Source: an uncultured Candidatus Saccharibacteria bacterium (GTDB taxonomy: Bacteria > Patescibacteriota > Minisyncoccia > Phycocordibacterales > UBA9973). From it: DNA of 64,000 nucleotides. The notes under the pieces are model-generated. The model worked only from the letters and a program-made list of their open reading frames with translations, was not told where the DNA came from and searched no databases. Within the stretch, counting starts at the first letter, position 1. Every line of letters starts with the position of its first letter. Below, piece after piece: positions 49,015 through 58,498 of this stretch. The stretch spans positions 207,477 to 271,476 of the forward strand of contig CAZIZK010000001.1 in the NCBI GenBank assembly GCA_964544225.1. Direction: 5' to 3'. Position numbers and translations under genes: made by a program.

Positions 49015-49604
49015 TGCTCGACCCAATACAAATAGTTCAAACAGCTGGATTGATAGGAATATTTCTGATTATATTTGCTGAGTCTGGAGTGTTCTTTGGG
49101 TTCTTCTTACCTGGCGACTCACTCCTTTTTACGGCAGGAGTATTTGCCCATCTTGGATTCTTTAATATTGAAGTACTTATTTTTGGATGCATTGTGTCTG
49201 CCATACTTGGTGGATTTGTCGGTTATTATACCGGTAAAAAGTTGGGACCAAGGTTGTTTGTCAAAGAAGCATCTATTTTCTTTAAAAAGAAATATGTTTT
49301 AGAAGCTGAATATTTTTATAAAAAACATGGGAATGCGGCCATACTTTTAGCCCGATTTATTCCTATTGTACGTACTTTTGCACCGATTATGGCCGGTGTA
49401 GGCAAGATGAAATCATCAACTTTTTCTATATTAAACATAATAAGTGGAATCATTTGGCCACTTGTTGTAACAGGATTGGGTTATTATATTGGAAGCAAGA
49501 TACCGAATGCCCAACACTATCTACTACCTATAAGCTTGGGTATCATACTATTATCGGTAACACCTGTGATATTACGATTCACACGAAAGTTTTTTTCTAA
49601 GTAA
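49014..49604 (+). CDS. DedA/VTT-family membrane protein.
   Basis: LPGDSLLFTAGVFA motif. Polytopic. 196 aa. Confidence 0.8.
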   Translation: MLDPIQIVQTAGLIGIFLIIFAESGVFFGFFLPGDSLLFTAGVFAHLGFFNIEVLIFGCIVSAILGGFVGYYTGKKLGPRLFVKEASIFFKKKYVLEAEYFYKKHGNAAILLARFIPIVRTFAPIMAGVGKMKSSTFSILNIISGIIWPLVVTGLGYYIGSKIPNAQHYLLPISLGIILLSVTPVILRFTRKFFSK

Positions 49605-49646
49605 ATTTACTTCATATCTTTGTATTATTATCGTATAATAATAAGG

Positions 49647-50723
49647 ATGAAGAGTCTTCATAATAAAAACTTTCCTATACCACGATACTTGTCGATGTCG
49701 TCATGCGCTTTGGACATATCTGACAAGTCTATTAAGTATGGGCGCCTTGTACCTGACTCACAGGGCTTACGATTAGAAAATTATGACAGCGTTAAGATCG
49801 CCGACGGTATAATATCTGCAGGTAAGATAATAGATGAACTAAAATTGATTGAAGTATTGAAGTCTATTCGTATCAAACACAATCTAAATTTTGTCCGTAT
49901 TGCTCTCCCCGAAGAACAGATGTATATATTCAACCTGGTCCTTCCAAAGACTGATGGGGTAGACATACAGGAGACAATCCTACTCCAACTCGAAGAACAT
50001 ATCCCTATCTCTGCATCCGAAGCAGTCTTTGACTTTGATATTATTAGTGAGACAGACTCAAATGTTCTTGTTCAAATAGCCGCATCCGACGCTTCATTTT
50101 TAGAGAGCTACCTTTCTGTATTTGAAAGGGCGGGACTACATCCACTATCCTTTGAACTCGAGGACCAGGCTATTGCGCGCGCAGTAGTGCCATTTGATTC
50201 TACCGAGACAGTCATGATCGTCGACTTTGGTCAGACACGTACAGGTATATCTATTGCTTCCGCTGGACGAGTCATGTTCTCATCTACATTTGACATGGGT
50301 GGTCATGGGCTGACAGACATGGTGGCCAAAGCTTTCAATGTGTCATTCGACGAAGCCGAGAAGCTAAAGAGGGCATACGGTAAGAACCAAGGCACCCCGA
50401 ACGACTTGCTACCTATTATCATTAGCAATATTTCAGTTTTGCGCGATGAGTTGAATAAACACTATTCGTATTGGCACAGCCATGATAGTGAGGATGGCAA
50501 GCCTCATCCAAAGATTGAGCGAATATTATTGTGTGGTGGCGACTCGAACTTGATAGGTATTGTGCAGTACCTCGGCGCAAGTATGAAAGTGCCCGTAGAG
50601 TATGTGAATACTTGGGTCAATGTTATGAATATAGAAAGAGATGTCCCACAAATGCCTTTTGTGGACTCACTTAGTTATACTACAGTTATAGGGCTTGCAT
50701 TAAATGATTTTATGCACGAATAA
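49647..50723 (+). CDS. pilM: Type IV pilus assembly protein PilM (actin-like ATPase fold).
   Basis: N-terminus ...ALDISDKSIKYGRLV. Size. Followed by pilN/pilO-like genes. The start is placed at the MKSLHNK Met. Confidence 0.7.
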   Translation: MKSLHNKNFPIPRYLSMSSCALDISDKSIKYGRLVPDSQGLRLENYDSVKIADGIISAGKIIDELKLIEVLKSIRIKHNLNFVRIALPEEQMYIFNLVLPKTDGVDIQETILLQLEEHIPISASEAVFDFDIISETDSNVLVQIAASDASFLESYLSVFERAGLHPLSFELEDQAIARAVVPFDSTETVMIVDFGQTRTGISIASAGRVMFSSTFDMGGHGLTDMVAKAFNVSFDEAEKLKRAYGKNQGTPNDLLPIIISNISVLRDELNKHYSYWHSHDSEDGKPHPKIERILLCGGDSNLIGIVQYLGASMKVPVEYVNTWVNVMNIERDVPQMPFVDSLSYTTVIGLALNDFMHE

Positions 50724-50726
50724 TTT

Positions 50727-51266
50727 ATGATCAACGTATTACCTACAGAAGAAAAGCAATCAATAAAGAAAGAGTATTATCTGCGCCTAGCGACAATACA
50801 CTTTTTCTTCATAGCATTGATGGCGCTTGTAGCTTCCGGTTTATTAGTACCATCATACTTGTATTCCAACACAAAGATAGATTTATTAAAAAATAGACTA
50901 GCTGAAATGAACAAGACCCAGCCGGACCTGAATGAAGAAGATCTATCAAAGATAATTAGCGATATCAACAACACACTATTGTTGCTATACAAAGGCAATA
51001 GTAAGTACGATATATCCAACAATGTTCTAGGTACTATCCTCGCATTACGTACACCTGGAGTAACCTTTAATCATATTGGTTATATAGAGCGCAATGATGC
51101 CAATAGAATAGTAGAAGTATTAGGTATTGCCCAGAGTCGCGAGGCCTTGCGTGTATTCCAAGACAAGCTCGAGAAGGACCCACGTATTGCAGGGGTAGAC
51201 TTGCCGATATCGAACTTTACAAAACGTACCAATATCGACTTTAAAGTTACAATAAAGATGAAATAA
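50727..51266 (+). CDS. pilN: Type IV pilus assembly protein PilN-like.
   Basis: MINVLPTEEK (the INLLP-type motif) followed by a single TM helix. Confidence 0.65.
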   Translation: MINVLPTEEKQSIKKEYYLRLATIHFFFIALMALVASGLLVPSYLYSNTKIDLLKNRLAEMNKTQPDLNEEDLSKIISDINNTLLLLYKGNSKYDISNNVLGTILALRTPGVTFNHIGYIERNDANRIVEVLGIAQSREALRVFQDKLEKDPRIAGVDLPISNFTKRTNIDFKVTIKMK

Positions 51267-51267
51267 T

Positions 51268-51819
51268 ATGCCAAACAAGAAAACATATATAATATTTACA
51301 ATATCATTATTTGCCACCTTACTAATGTTGGGAGTTTTGATATTTGTATTTTTACAAGTAAAGACAAAGAACGAACAGGCTTCAGTAATATCACAACAAA
51401 TTAGCAGAAAGGTAACCGAAGGTGAGAATGTGGAAACATTGAGGAATGTAATAGAAGATACAAAGGAAAAGAGGCAACAATTAAAGTCTTATGTTGTAGA
51501 CGAAAGTCGTATCGACGAATTCGTAGGCCAGATAGAGAGTGAGGGCGAGTTGATAGGTTTACCGATAACTATCAATAGCGTAGCACTGTCACCAACAAAG
51601 AAGAATGTTCTAGCCGTATCATTCTCTGGATCTGGAAGCTTTGATAAAGTTATGAAGATGGTGTCACTCGTGGAATATTCACCTTATCAGATACATATAA
51701 ATAATCTTGCTTTGAATAAATATACAAAGTCACTAGGTGATGCAAAGAAAGAGATAATCATCACCGAGTGGGATTTCCAAGTCGACTTCGAAGTAGTTAG
51801 TGATAATTCATTTAAATAA
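51268..51819 (+). CDS. pilO: Type IV pilus assembly protein PilO-like.
   Basis: N-terminal TM plus coiled-coil region. Synteny after pilM-pilN. Confidence 0.5.
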   Translation: MPNKKTYIIFTISLFATLLMLGVLIFVFLQVKTKNEQASVISQQISRKVTEGENVETLRNVIEDTKEKRQQLKSYVVDESRIDEFVGQIESEGELIGLPITINSVALSPTKKNVLAVSFSGSGSFDKVMKMVSLVEYSPYQIHINNLALNKYTKSLGDAKKEIIITEWDFQVDFEVVSDNSFK

Positions 51820-52144
51820 TATGAAATTACCAGATTTTAAAAACATTTTTCATAATAAGCCAAAGAAAGCTAAATTGGCAAAAGGTATAAATCCGCAACA
51901 TGATTGGGGGGTAACACTAAAGACGTACATGATAGTAGGTATAGTACTAATTATTTTTAGTTTGTATTTCCTAGCCAAGCTGAAAAATGACGAATTCTTT
52001 AATTCCAACGGATCTGGCAACAGTAGTCCAGCTACAATAGATCAGAAAATGCTCGATACAATACTTTCATCTTTCCAGAACAAGGCAAAGATGGTAAATG
52101 ATATCAAACTAGGGGACAAGGTCTTCGTAGACCCAAGTAGGTAA
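51800..52144 (+). CDS. Hypothetical single-TM protein downstream of pilO (possible PilP-like accessory).
   Basis: TM helix TYMIVGIVLIIFSLYFLA. ORF only. Confidence 0.35.
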   Translation: MIIHLNNMKLPDFKNIFHNKPKKAKLAKGINPQHDWGVTLKTYMIVGIVLIIFSLYFLAKLKNDEFFNSNGSGNSSPATIDQKMLDTILSSFQNKAKMVNDIKLGDKVFVDPSR

Positions 52145-52148
52145 ATTG

Positions 52149-52220
52149 TGCCCTCGGCAGGAATCGAACCTGCAATAACGGCTTAGAAGTCCGCAGTTAT
52201 ATCCATTTAACTACAAGGGC
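52149..52220 (-). tRNA. tRNA-Arg (anticodon TCT). One non-canonical pair in the anticodon stem.
   Basis: Manual fold: acceptor GCCCTTG/CGAGGGC, T-arm GCAGGTTCGATTCCTGC, anticodon loop CTTCTAA with stem GCGGA/GCCGT (an A·G at position 31-39). Confidence 0.6.
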
Positions 52221-52233
52221 AAGGGGTTTGGAT

Positions 52234-52309
52234 TGGTGCGCGATGCAAGACTCGAACTTGCGACCTTCCCGGTGTAAACGGGTTGCTCTACCAACTGAGC
52301 TAATCGCGC
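52234..52309 (-). tRNA. tRNA-Val (anticodon TAC), CCA encoded.
   Basis: GCGCGAT acceptor, D-arm GCTCAGTTGGTAGAGC, anticodon loop TTTACAC, T-arm GCAAGTTCGAGTCTTGC, 3' CACCA. Confidence 0.8.
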
Positions 52310-52334
52310 ATATTTACATTTATCTTAAAACTAA

Positions 52335-52400
52335 AGCACTTTACGCTCTTTGGTCCCATACCTACCAAGACAGCTAATCGCGCATATTTACATTTGTACT
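52335..52400 (-). pseudogene. Decayed 5' fragment of a tRNA-Val-like gene, including a 24-bp direct repeat (agctaatcgcgcatatttacattt) of the tRNA-Val 5' end plus its upstream flank.
   Basis: 52375..52386 repeats the first 12 nt of tRNA-Val. The adjacent sequence retains a D-arm-like GTCTTGGTAGGT, but no T-arm or acceptor is present. Confidence 0.45.
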
Positions 52401-52483
52401 AAAACAGCTAATAACACATAAGCACAAGATAGATAATAGCATATTTTTAATATATTTCAACCTTATGCTAGTATGTAACTATA

Positions 52484-53281
52484 ATGAAAATAACTACACT
52501 ATATGAAGATGCAAATGTTTTGGTTATAAACAAACCAGCGGGTATTGCTGTGCATGGTGATGGCAAGCCCACAAAGTCCATGACTGTTGCTGACTTTGTA
52601 TTGGAAAACTACCCAAAATTGAAAAATGTTGGCGAGCCGATGGAGGTGGCCCGTGCCGGTGGAAAGGTGGAGAAGATCCCTCGCCCTGGTATTGTGCACC
52701 GTATCGACAAGGAAACTTCAGGGTGCTTAATAATAGCAAAGAACAATAAAACTTTTGAATTACTAAAGGAACAGTTCCAGAACCATGAAGTAAAGAAGGT
52801 GTACCGAGCTTTTGTGTATGGTAAAGTTGCGGACCCACGTGCATCACTTGCTACAGGTATGAGGGGTAAGATATCGGCCCCTATTGGCCGTAGCCCAAAC
52901 GATGTTCGTATGTGGACAGCAGGGCGCGGTGCACGTGAGCCGGTTCGTGATGCCACAACCGAGTATATTGTATTGGACAGGTTCTATGACACAGATAGTG
53001 CGGTGGATATGAAGTCTGCTGACCACCAGTTTTCATACATTGAGGCGTATCCAAGGACAGGGCGTACCCACCAAATACGTGTACATTTCCGATATATCAA
53101 TCACCCAATAGTCTCCGACCCACTTTACCGCAGTAGCAAGGACATGGCCCTCGGCATGAAGCGCCTCGCATTGCATGCAATGAAGATCACCTTTACCTTA
53201 CCTAATGGCAAGCCTATAACAGTCGAGGCTCCACTACCGACAGACTTCAAAAAGGTCATAAAAGAGCACAATCTTGCTTAA
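52484..53281 (+). CDS. RluA-family 23S rRNA/tRNA pseudouridine synthase.
   Basis: HRIDKETSG catalytic-Asp motif. 265 aa. Confidence 0.85.
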   Translation: MKITTLYEDANVLVINKPAGIAVHGDGKPTKSMTVADFVLENYPKLKNVGEPMEVARAGGKVEKIPRPGIVHRIDKETSGCLIIAKNNKTFELLKEQFQNHEVKKVYRAFVYGKVADPRASLATGMRGKISAPIGRSPNDVRMWTAGRGAREPVRDATTEYIVLDRFYDTDSAVDMKSADHQFSYIEAYPRTGRTHQIRVHFRYINHPIVSDPLYRSSKDMALGMKRLALHAMKITFTLPNGKPITVEAPLPTDFKKVIKEHNLA

Positions 53282-53723
53282 AATAGGCATATATGCTAAA
53301 GTGGGCCTTATGGAAAAAGGAAATATAATACTAACTCCAGTAGACATATCAGATCGCAAAAAGCTTGATTTCAAGGCTGGTGACACTGTTCGTGTATGGA
53401 GTAAAATCATAGAAAAGGGTAAAACTCGTCTTCAAGCATTTGAAGGTCTAGTTTTGGCTCGTAAACATGGTACAGAAATAGGTGGTACATTTACAGTTCG
53501 CAAGGTAGCAAGTGGTGTAGGCGTAGAACGTATCTTTCCACTATATTCACCAAACATCGACAAGATAGAAATAATCAAGAAATCAAAGACTCGCAAGAGC
53601 AAACTATATTACATCCGTACAAAGGCTGTGAAGGAAGTAAAGAAGAGACTAAAGAGTATCACGCTTTCAAAAGAGGAATCAGCTGAACAATCATCTACAT
53701 CTGAGGAATCAAAATCTGAATAA
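53274..53723 (+). CDS. rplS: 50S ribosomal protein L19.
   Basis: [34 protein letters not shown]...[21 protein letters not shown]...KLYYIR. The start may be at the internal Met (MEKG, 53310). Confidence 0.85.
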   Translation: MLKIGIYAKVGLMEKGNIILTPVDISDRKKLDFKAGDTVRVWSKIIEKGKTRLQAFEGLVLARKHGTEIGGTFTVRKVASGVGVERIFPLYSPNIDKIEIIKKSKTRKSKLYYIRTKAVKEVKKRLKSITLSKEESAEQSSTSEESKSE

Positions 53724-53729
53724 TAAATA

Positions 53730-53765
53730 AACCACCCCGACGAAAGTCGGGGTGGTTTTGTATTT
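53730..53765 (+). terminator. Rho-independent terminator aaccaccccgac-gaaa-gtcggggtggtt followed by a T-run.
   Basis: Read directly after the rplS stop. Confidence 0.75.
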
Positions 53766-53815
53766 ATTGAAAAATATTACCAAAAAGGCTATACTCATAC
53801 CGTTGTTTATAAAAT

Positions 53816-53899
53816 GCACGGGTGGCGAAACTGGTAGACGCACTACCTTGAGGTGGTAGCGGGAGCAATCCCATGGAAGTTCAAGTCTTCTCTCGTGCA
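53816..53899 (+). tRNA. tRNA-Leu (anticodon GAG), long variable arm.
   Basis: Acceptor GCACGGG/CTCGTGC, anticodon stem CTACC/GGTAG with loop TTGAGGT, long extra arm. Confidence 0.8.
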
Positions 53900-53935
53900 C
53901 AAAATAAAAATAAATATTTATGTTACACTTCTTTT

Positions 53936-55681
53936 ATGACCCAAGAGGAAGCTTTAACAATTCTAAAAACTGGAGCCAATGTGTTCCTCACTGGTGAGCC
54001 TGGTGCGGGTAAGACTCATACTATAAATGAATATATAAATTATTTGCGGGCTCATGAAATAGAGCCGGCTATTACTGCATCCACCGGTATTGCTGCGACG
54101 CATATTGGGGGCCTGACTATTCACTCATGGAGCGGTATTGGTATAAAGCCGAAACTAACCAGGTACGATATAGACAAGATAGCTACAAATGAACACTTGG
54201 TGCGCCGTATATCTAAAACCCACGTTCTAATTATCGATGAAGTTTCCATGTTGCCACCCGACACACTAACATCTGTGGATATGGTATGTAGGGAGATAAA
54301 GCAGACTAACGAGCCTTTTGGTGGCATGCAGATAATATTTGTCGGCGACTTCTTTCAGCTCCCACCCATCATGAAGAAGGAGCCCGTGGTTAGTAAAAGT
54401 GACCCATATAATCAAGACATATTCGAAGATGGTGCCATGCCGAATCAGAGCGTCCGCTTTGCCTATGGATCAAGTGCATGGGAGAGTGCCCGGCCGATTA
54501 TCTGCTATATATCTGAACAGCACCGCCAAGATGATGATACATTCCTATCGCTACTGTCAGCTATCCGTCGCAACGAGTTCAACGAGGACCATATGGAATA
54601 TATACAGGAACGTGTGGTGGAAAGGGAGGAGTCAAAGAAGCATTATCCAAAGCTTTTCTCACACAATGTAGATGTGGATACTGTAAATACCGAAATGCTA
54701 GGCAAGATAGATGCCACCCAACAAAGCTACCAAATGAAGTCCGCTGGCAATACAACGCTCGTTGCAATATTGAAGAAGGGGTGCTTGTCACCAGAACTTT
54801 TACATCTGAAAGTTGGGGCCGAGGTAATGTGTACAAAGAATAATATTAAAGATGGATATGTAAACGGAACATTGGCCAATGTTGTAGGCTTTGCGCCAGA
54901 TTCGAAATACCCAATTATTAAAACTCCAAATAATAAGATCATTACTATCGAGCCTGCCGAGTGGTTAGTAGAGGAGAACGGCAAGATAAAGGCAAGTATT
55001 AGTCAGATACCCCTGCGTCTTGCTTGGGCCATAACTGTGCACAAGAGTCAGGGTATGAGTATGGATAAAGCGGTGATGGATTTATCTGGCGTCTTTGAAT
55101 ATGGTCAGGGCTATGTAGCACTTTCCCGTGTTCGCAATCTGGCAGGGTTATATATCCTAGGCTACAACGCCCGTGCATTCCAGGTACACCCTGAAGTGCT
55201 GAAGAAGGATATCGAGTTCCATACACTTTCCGATATTGCCGAGGAGAAGTTTGCCAACCTGCCGAAAGATGAATTGCAAAAAATGCACGAGAATTTTATC
55301 TTGGTATCTGGTGGGGTAGTGGTGCCAAAAAATAATTATAAAAAGAAAGATTACCTTACCAAAGAGAAAAAGCTTCACACCACAGAAGTTACCTTGAACT
55401 TGTGGAAAGAGGGGAAGGATGTATACCAGATAGCTGACGCGAGGGCCCTTTCTGCCAAGACTATTTGGGGGCATATTGAAGAACTAATAGAGGATGGCAA
55501 GATAGTCTACCCGGATATGAATAGGTTAATAACAAAAGAGATAAAGAAGTCCATGCCTGAAATAATCAAAGCTTTCAAGAAGCTCGATACCGACAAGCTC
55601 TCGCCATTATTTGAGCACTTTGATGGCAAATATTCCTACGACGATATACGTGTAGTGAGGATGTTGATGAATGTACACTAA
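53936..55681 (+). CDS. PIF1/RecD-family (AAA_30 + UvrD_C_2-like) ATP-dependent DNA helicase.
   Basis: Walker A LTGEPGAGKTHTI, a DEAS-like box (LIIDEVSM), and the family-typical C-terminal ITVHKSQGMS. The start is placed after the tRNA-Leu because the ORF-track start overlaps the tRNA. Confidence 0.75.
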   Translation: MTQEEALTILKTGANVFLTGEPGAGKTHTINEYINYLRAHEIEPAITASTGIAATHIGGLTIHSWSGIGIKPKLTRYDIDKIATNEHLVRRISKTHVLIIDEVSMLPPDTLTSVDMVCREIKQTNEPFGGMQIIFVGDFFQLPPIMKKEPVVSKSDPYNQDIFEDGAMPNQSVRFAYGSSAWESARPIICYISEQHRQDDDTFLSLLSAIRRNEFNEDHMEYIQERVVEREESKKHYPKLFSHNVDVDTVNTEMLGKIDATQQSYQMKSAGNTTLVAILKKGCLSPELLHLKVGAEVMCTKNNIKDGYVNGTLANVVGFAPDSKYPIIKTPNNKIITIEPAEWLVEENGKIKASISQIPLRLAWAITVHKSQGMSMDKAVMDLSGVFEYGQGYVALSRVRNLAGLYILGYNARAFQVHPEVLKKDIEFHTLSDIAEEKFANLPKDELQKMHENFILVSGGVVVPKNNYKKKDYLTKEKKLHTTEVTLNLWKEGKDVYQIADARALSAKTIWGHIEELIEDGKIVYPDMNRLITKEIKKSMPEIIKAFKKLDTDKLSPLFEHFDGKYSYDDIRVVRMLMNVH

Positions 55682-55731
55682 TTGACAAAGGCACCCCTTT
55701 TCTATAAGCTGAGCAAAAAAGAACATAGAAA

Positions 55732-57066
55732 ATGGTAGAAAAACTAAAAGATGTCGTCATCGCCAAATTTGGTGGTACTTCAAATGCAAATGCGGAACAG
55801 ATTCAAAAAGTTCTGGGGATTTTAAAAAATTATTCCAAGGCCAAGACTGTTGTGCTTTCTGCACCAGGGAAAGAAACATCTGACGATGTAAAAGTTACCG
55901 ATTTGTTAATTCAAATTGCAGATAAAGCTTGCGCTGGTGAGCCTTGGGATTATGTTTGGGAAGATGTTGCAAAACGCTTCCATAATATAATCGACGAGCT
56001 CGGGTTACCAGATGGACTGAAAAGCTTCGTTGATAGAACCAAAAAACAGATTGCCAAAACGCCTTATAGAGATTTTATTTTAAGTCGAGGAGAGTTTCTT
56101 CAGGCTTATATATTTTATTTCTTTTTGGAAGATGTAGGAATCGATACTAAGTTCGTTGATGCAAAGAAGTGTATTTTTTTTACAAATTCTGGAGAGTTAG
56201 ATGAAAAATCTATTTCGATTAATATCAGACGGTTTAAAAATACTGATTCTTTCCATATCGTGCCTGGTTTCTATGGGTTAGATTTTTTCAATCGAATAAA
56301 GACTTTTTCACGTGGAGGGTCGGATCTAACTGGTGCAATTATTGCCTCTTTTGCTAAAGCTTCCGTTTACGAAAACTGGACTGATGTTGACGGCTTCTAC
56401 ACAGCTGACCCAAGACATGTGCCAAACGCACGTCCTAACAAAGAGATGACTTACGAAGAGGTAAGCATACTTTCCTATGCGGGCTCGAATGTTTTACATG
56501 AAGATACTATGACGATTCTTCAGGAGCATAATATTGTTCTCCACATTCGTAACACCAATAACCCAGAAGCTCCTGGCACAAAGATAGTGCCCAAGATGCA
56601 AGTTCGTAATAAAGGCTTGGTTGGTGTTGTTGGTCAGGAAGGTTTTACTGTTATCAATATCAGTAAGATCGGGGCTCAGTATCAAACAGGCTTTGGTGCA
56701 GGGATATTGGATACACTTGTTGAGTTCGATATTTCGTATTCGTATGAATTACCATCTGGGCGCGACAATTCCAAATTTGCTATTAAGTCTGAGTTACTGG
56801 AAAAGGTTGATGTGTTTGCACTTCAGGAAAGAATTAAAGAAGTTGTGAACCCTAAAACTATTTCAATCGTGGAAGAAGTGGGTGTAATAAATGCAATTGC
56901 ATATAACCCTACCGATTTTACCGACATTTTGTTGGTGTTGGAACGCAACGCTATCCCCGTGCGTACAAAAAGTCATGACGATGACACAGGCCAGATTATT
57001 ATCACACTACCCGAAGGGTATGTGAATAGGGCTGTATGTTTGATCCATGATCGATTTTTTCATTAA
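55732..57066 (+). CDS. lysC: Aspartate kinase (amino-acid kinase domain plus C-terminal ACT-like region).
   Basis: N-terminal VVIAKFGGTS motif. 444 aa. Confidence 0.7.
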   Translation: MVEKLKDVVIAKFGGTSNANAEQIQKVLGILKNYSKAKTVVLSAPGKETSDDVKVTDLLIQIADKACAGEPWDYVWEDVAKRFHNIIDELGLPDGLKSFVDRTKKQIAKTPYRDFILSRGEFLQAYIFYFFLEDVGIDTKFVDAKKCIFFTNSGELDEKSISINIRRFKNTDSFHIVPGFYGLDFFNRIKTFSRGGSDLTGAIIASFAKASVYENWTDVDGFYTADPRHVPNARPNKEMTYEEVSILSYAGSNVLHEDTMTILQEHNIVLHIRNTNNPEAPGTKIVPKMQVRNKGLVGVVGQEGFTVINISKIGAQYQTGFGAGILDTLVEFDISYSYELPSGRDNSKFAIKSELLEKVDVFALQERIKEVVNPKTISIVEEVGVINAIAYNPTDFTDILLVLERNAIPVRTKSHDDDTGQIIITLPEGYVNRAVCLIHDRFFH

Positions 57067-57886
57067 AATTTCATTTTACATTATCACAACGGTTGCCTAT
57101 ATGGTGACCGTTTTTTATTTATGGTATTATTTTTCTATGGATAAATTAGATTCAATAGAACAAATAAAGCAAAAATGGGGTAAAAATAAAGTAGTCCCAG
57201 TTCACCTTGAGGAGGAGTTCTACAATGTAATACAATATTACCCAGAACTTGAAAATACTTATATTGTTGTTATCGAGACCATTTTCTATGGAACATCAAA
57301 TACTTTGCGTGCGTACCCACCGCTCCTTACTTATTTTTATAAAAACAAAGACAGGGTGTATTCAATAGTTATAAATTTGAATAAAAAAGTACCGATACCA
57401 TTTTATTCACTTTCGAAAAAAGACAAAGAGGGGATGCTGGCTCACGAGCTTGCCCATGTTTCTGATTATGCAAAGAGGACTCAATTTAGCCTAATATGGA
57501 TGGGGATTCATTTTTTGATTTCAAAAAGATACGTTCGCGAGATGGAGCATTCTGCAGACAGGAAAGTTGTAGAAATGGGGTGTGGAGATTTACTTCTTTC
57601 ATATAGAAAATATTTGCTTGAAAAATCTGACTACGCTCATGCAAGCTATATAAGGAATATGTACCTTACTCCAAAAGAAATATTAGATGAAATGAAAAAG
57701 TATCCTTCTTTATATAAAATCGATTTATATAAAATAGATTTACAATACGAGTCTTTAAATCTTAAGATTCATAAAAAAAGTTTATTAAATAGAATAAAGC
57801 ACATGTTTAAAGTGATATTAGGTTTTATCCCTGCTATTGCTGAAATGATGTATCTACTACATATCAAAAGGATACATAGAAATTAA
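57047..57886 (+). CDS. Putative membrane-anchored zinc metalloprotease (HExxH...ExxAD, M48/HtpX-like).
   Basis: N-terminal TM. HELAHV followed by EHSADRK. Confidence 0.45.
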   Translation: MIDFFIKISFYIITTVAYMVTVFYLWYYFSMDKLDSIEQIKQKWGKNKVVPVHLEEEFYNVIQYYPELENTYIVVIETIFYGTSNTLRAYPPLLTYFYKNKDRVYSIVINLNKKVPIPFYSLSKKDKEGMLAHELAHVSDYAKRTQFSLIWMGIHFLISKRYVREMEHSADRKVVEMGCGDLLLSYRKYLLEKSDYAHASYIRNMYLTPKEILDEMKKYPSLYKIDLYKIDLQYESLNLKIHKKSLLNRIKHMFKVILGFIPAIAEMMYLLHIKRIHRN

Positions 57887-57934
57887 TATATAGAATTATC
57901 TAATAACTTTCACTCATGTGTTAGAATAATCTAT

Positions 57935-58492
57935 ATGCAAATCTTGTATCTATTTTTAATTGTTGTATCACTTGGGCTTGTAACTCTCATGGCCTTATGG
58001 GCATGGACAGGGCTCACTGCTCGCGTGCCTTTTGTGCCAGTACCTACTTCGATGTTAAAAGATATCAACAAAAGCCTCGATGCACATACTGGTGATGTTG
58101 TTTATGACCTGGGTTGTGGTGATGGCCGAGTTTTATTGTATATGGCACGGCTCAATAAAGGTATTCAGTACATAGGTATCGAGAACGGGCCCTTCCCGTA
58201 TATATTGGCCAAATTCAGCGCATGGCTTGATCGTGTACGGGGCAAGTCCGATGTACAGATTATATATGGCGACTTCTTCAATCACGATATATCTTCCGCT
58301 ACACACATATATACATATTTATATCCACAAGTTATGGATGACCTACTCGGTAAGTTTGACAGGGGGTTGAAGCCAGGTTCACGACTTGTATCTAAAGCTT
58401 TTAAATTTACTTTAAAGAAGGAAGTGGGGGAGGTGGACTTGGCTCGTAGCAATAATCAACTTGCACACAAATTATATATTTATGAATTCTAA
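57935..58492 (+). CDS. Class I SAM-dependent methyltransferase with an N-terminal TM helix.
   Basis: Motif I VVYDLGCGDGRVLL. Confidence 0.65.
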   Translation: MQILYLFLIVVSLGLVTLMALWAWTGLTARVPFVPVPTSMLKDINKSLDAHTGDVVYDLGCGDGRVLLYMARLNKGIQYIGIENGPFPYILAKFSAWLDRVRGKSDVQIIYGDFFNHDISSATHIYTYLYPQVMDDLLGKFDRGLKPGSRLVSKAFKFTLKKEVGEVDLARSNNQLAHKLYIYEF

Positions 58493-58498
58493 TTCATA

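Noticed and set aside
53873-53935. 5' extension of the helicase ORF starting at 53873
   Set aside because: It would overlap the tRNA-Leu gene (53816..53899). The start is moved to the next Met at 53936.
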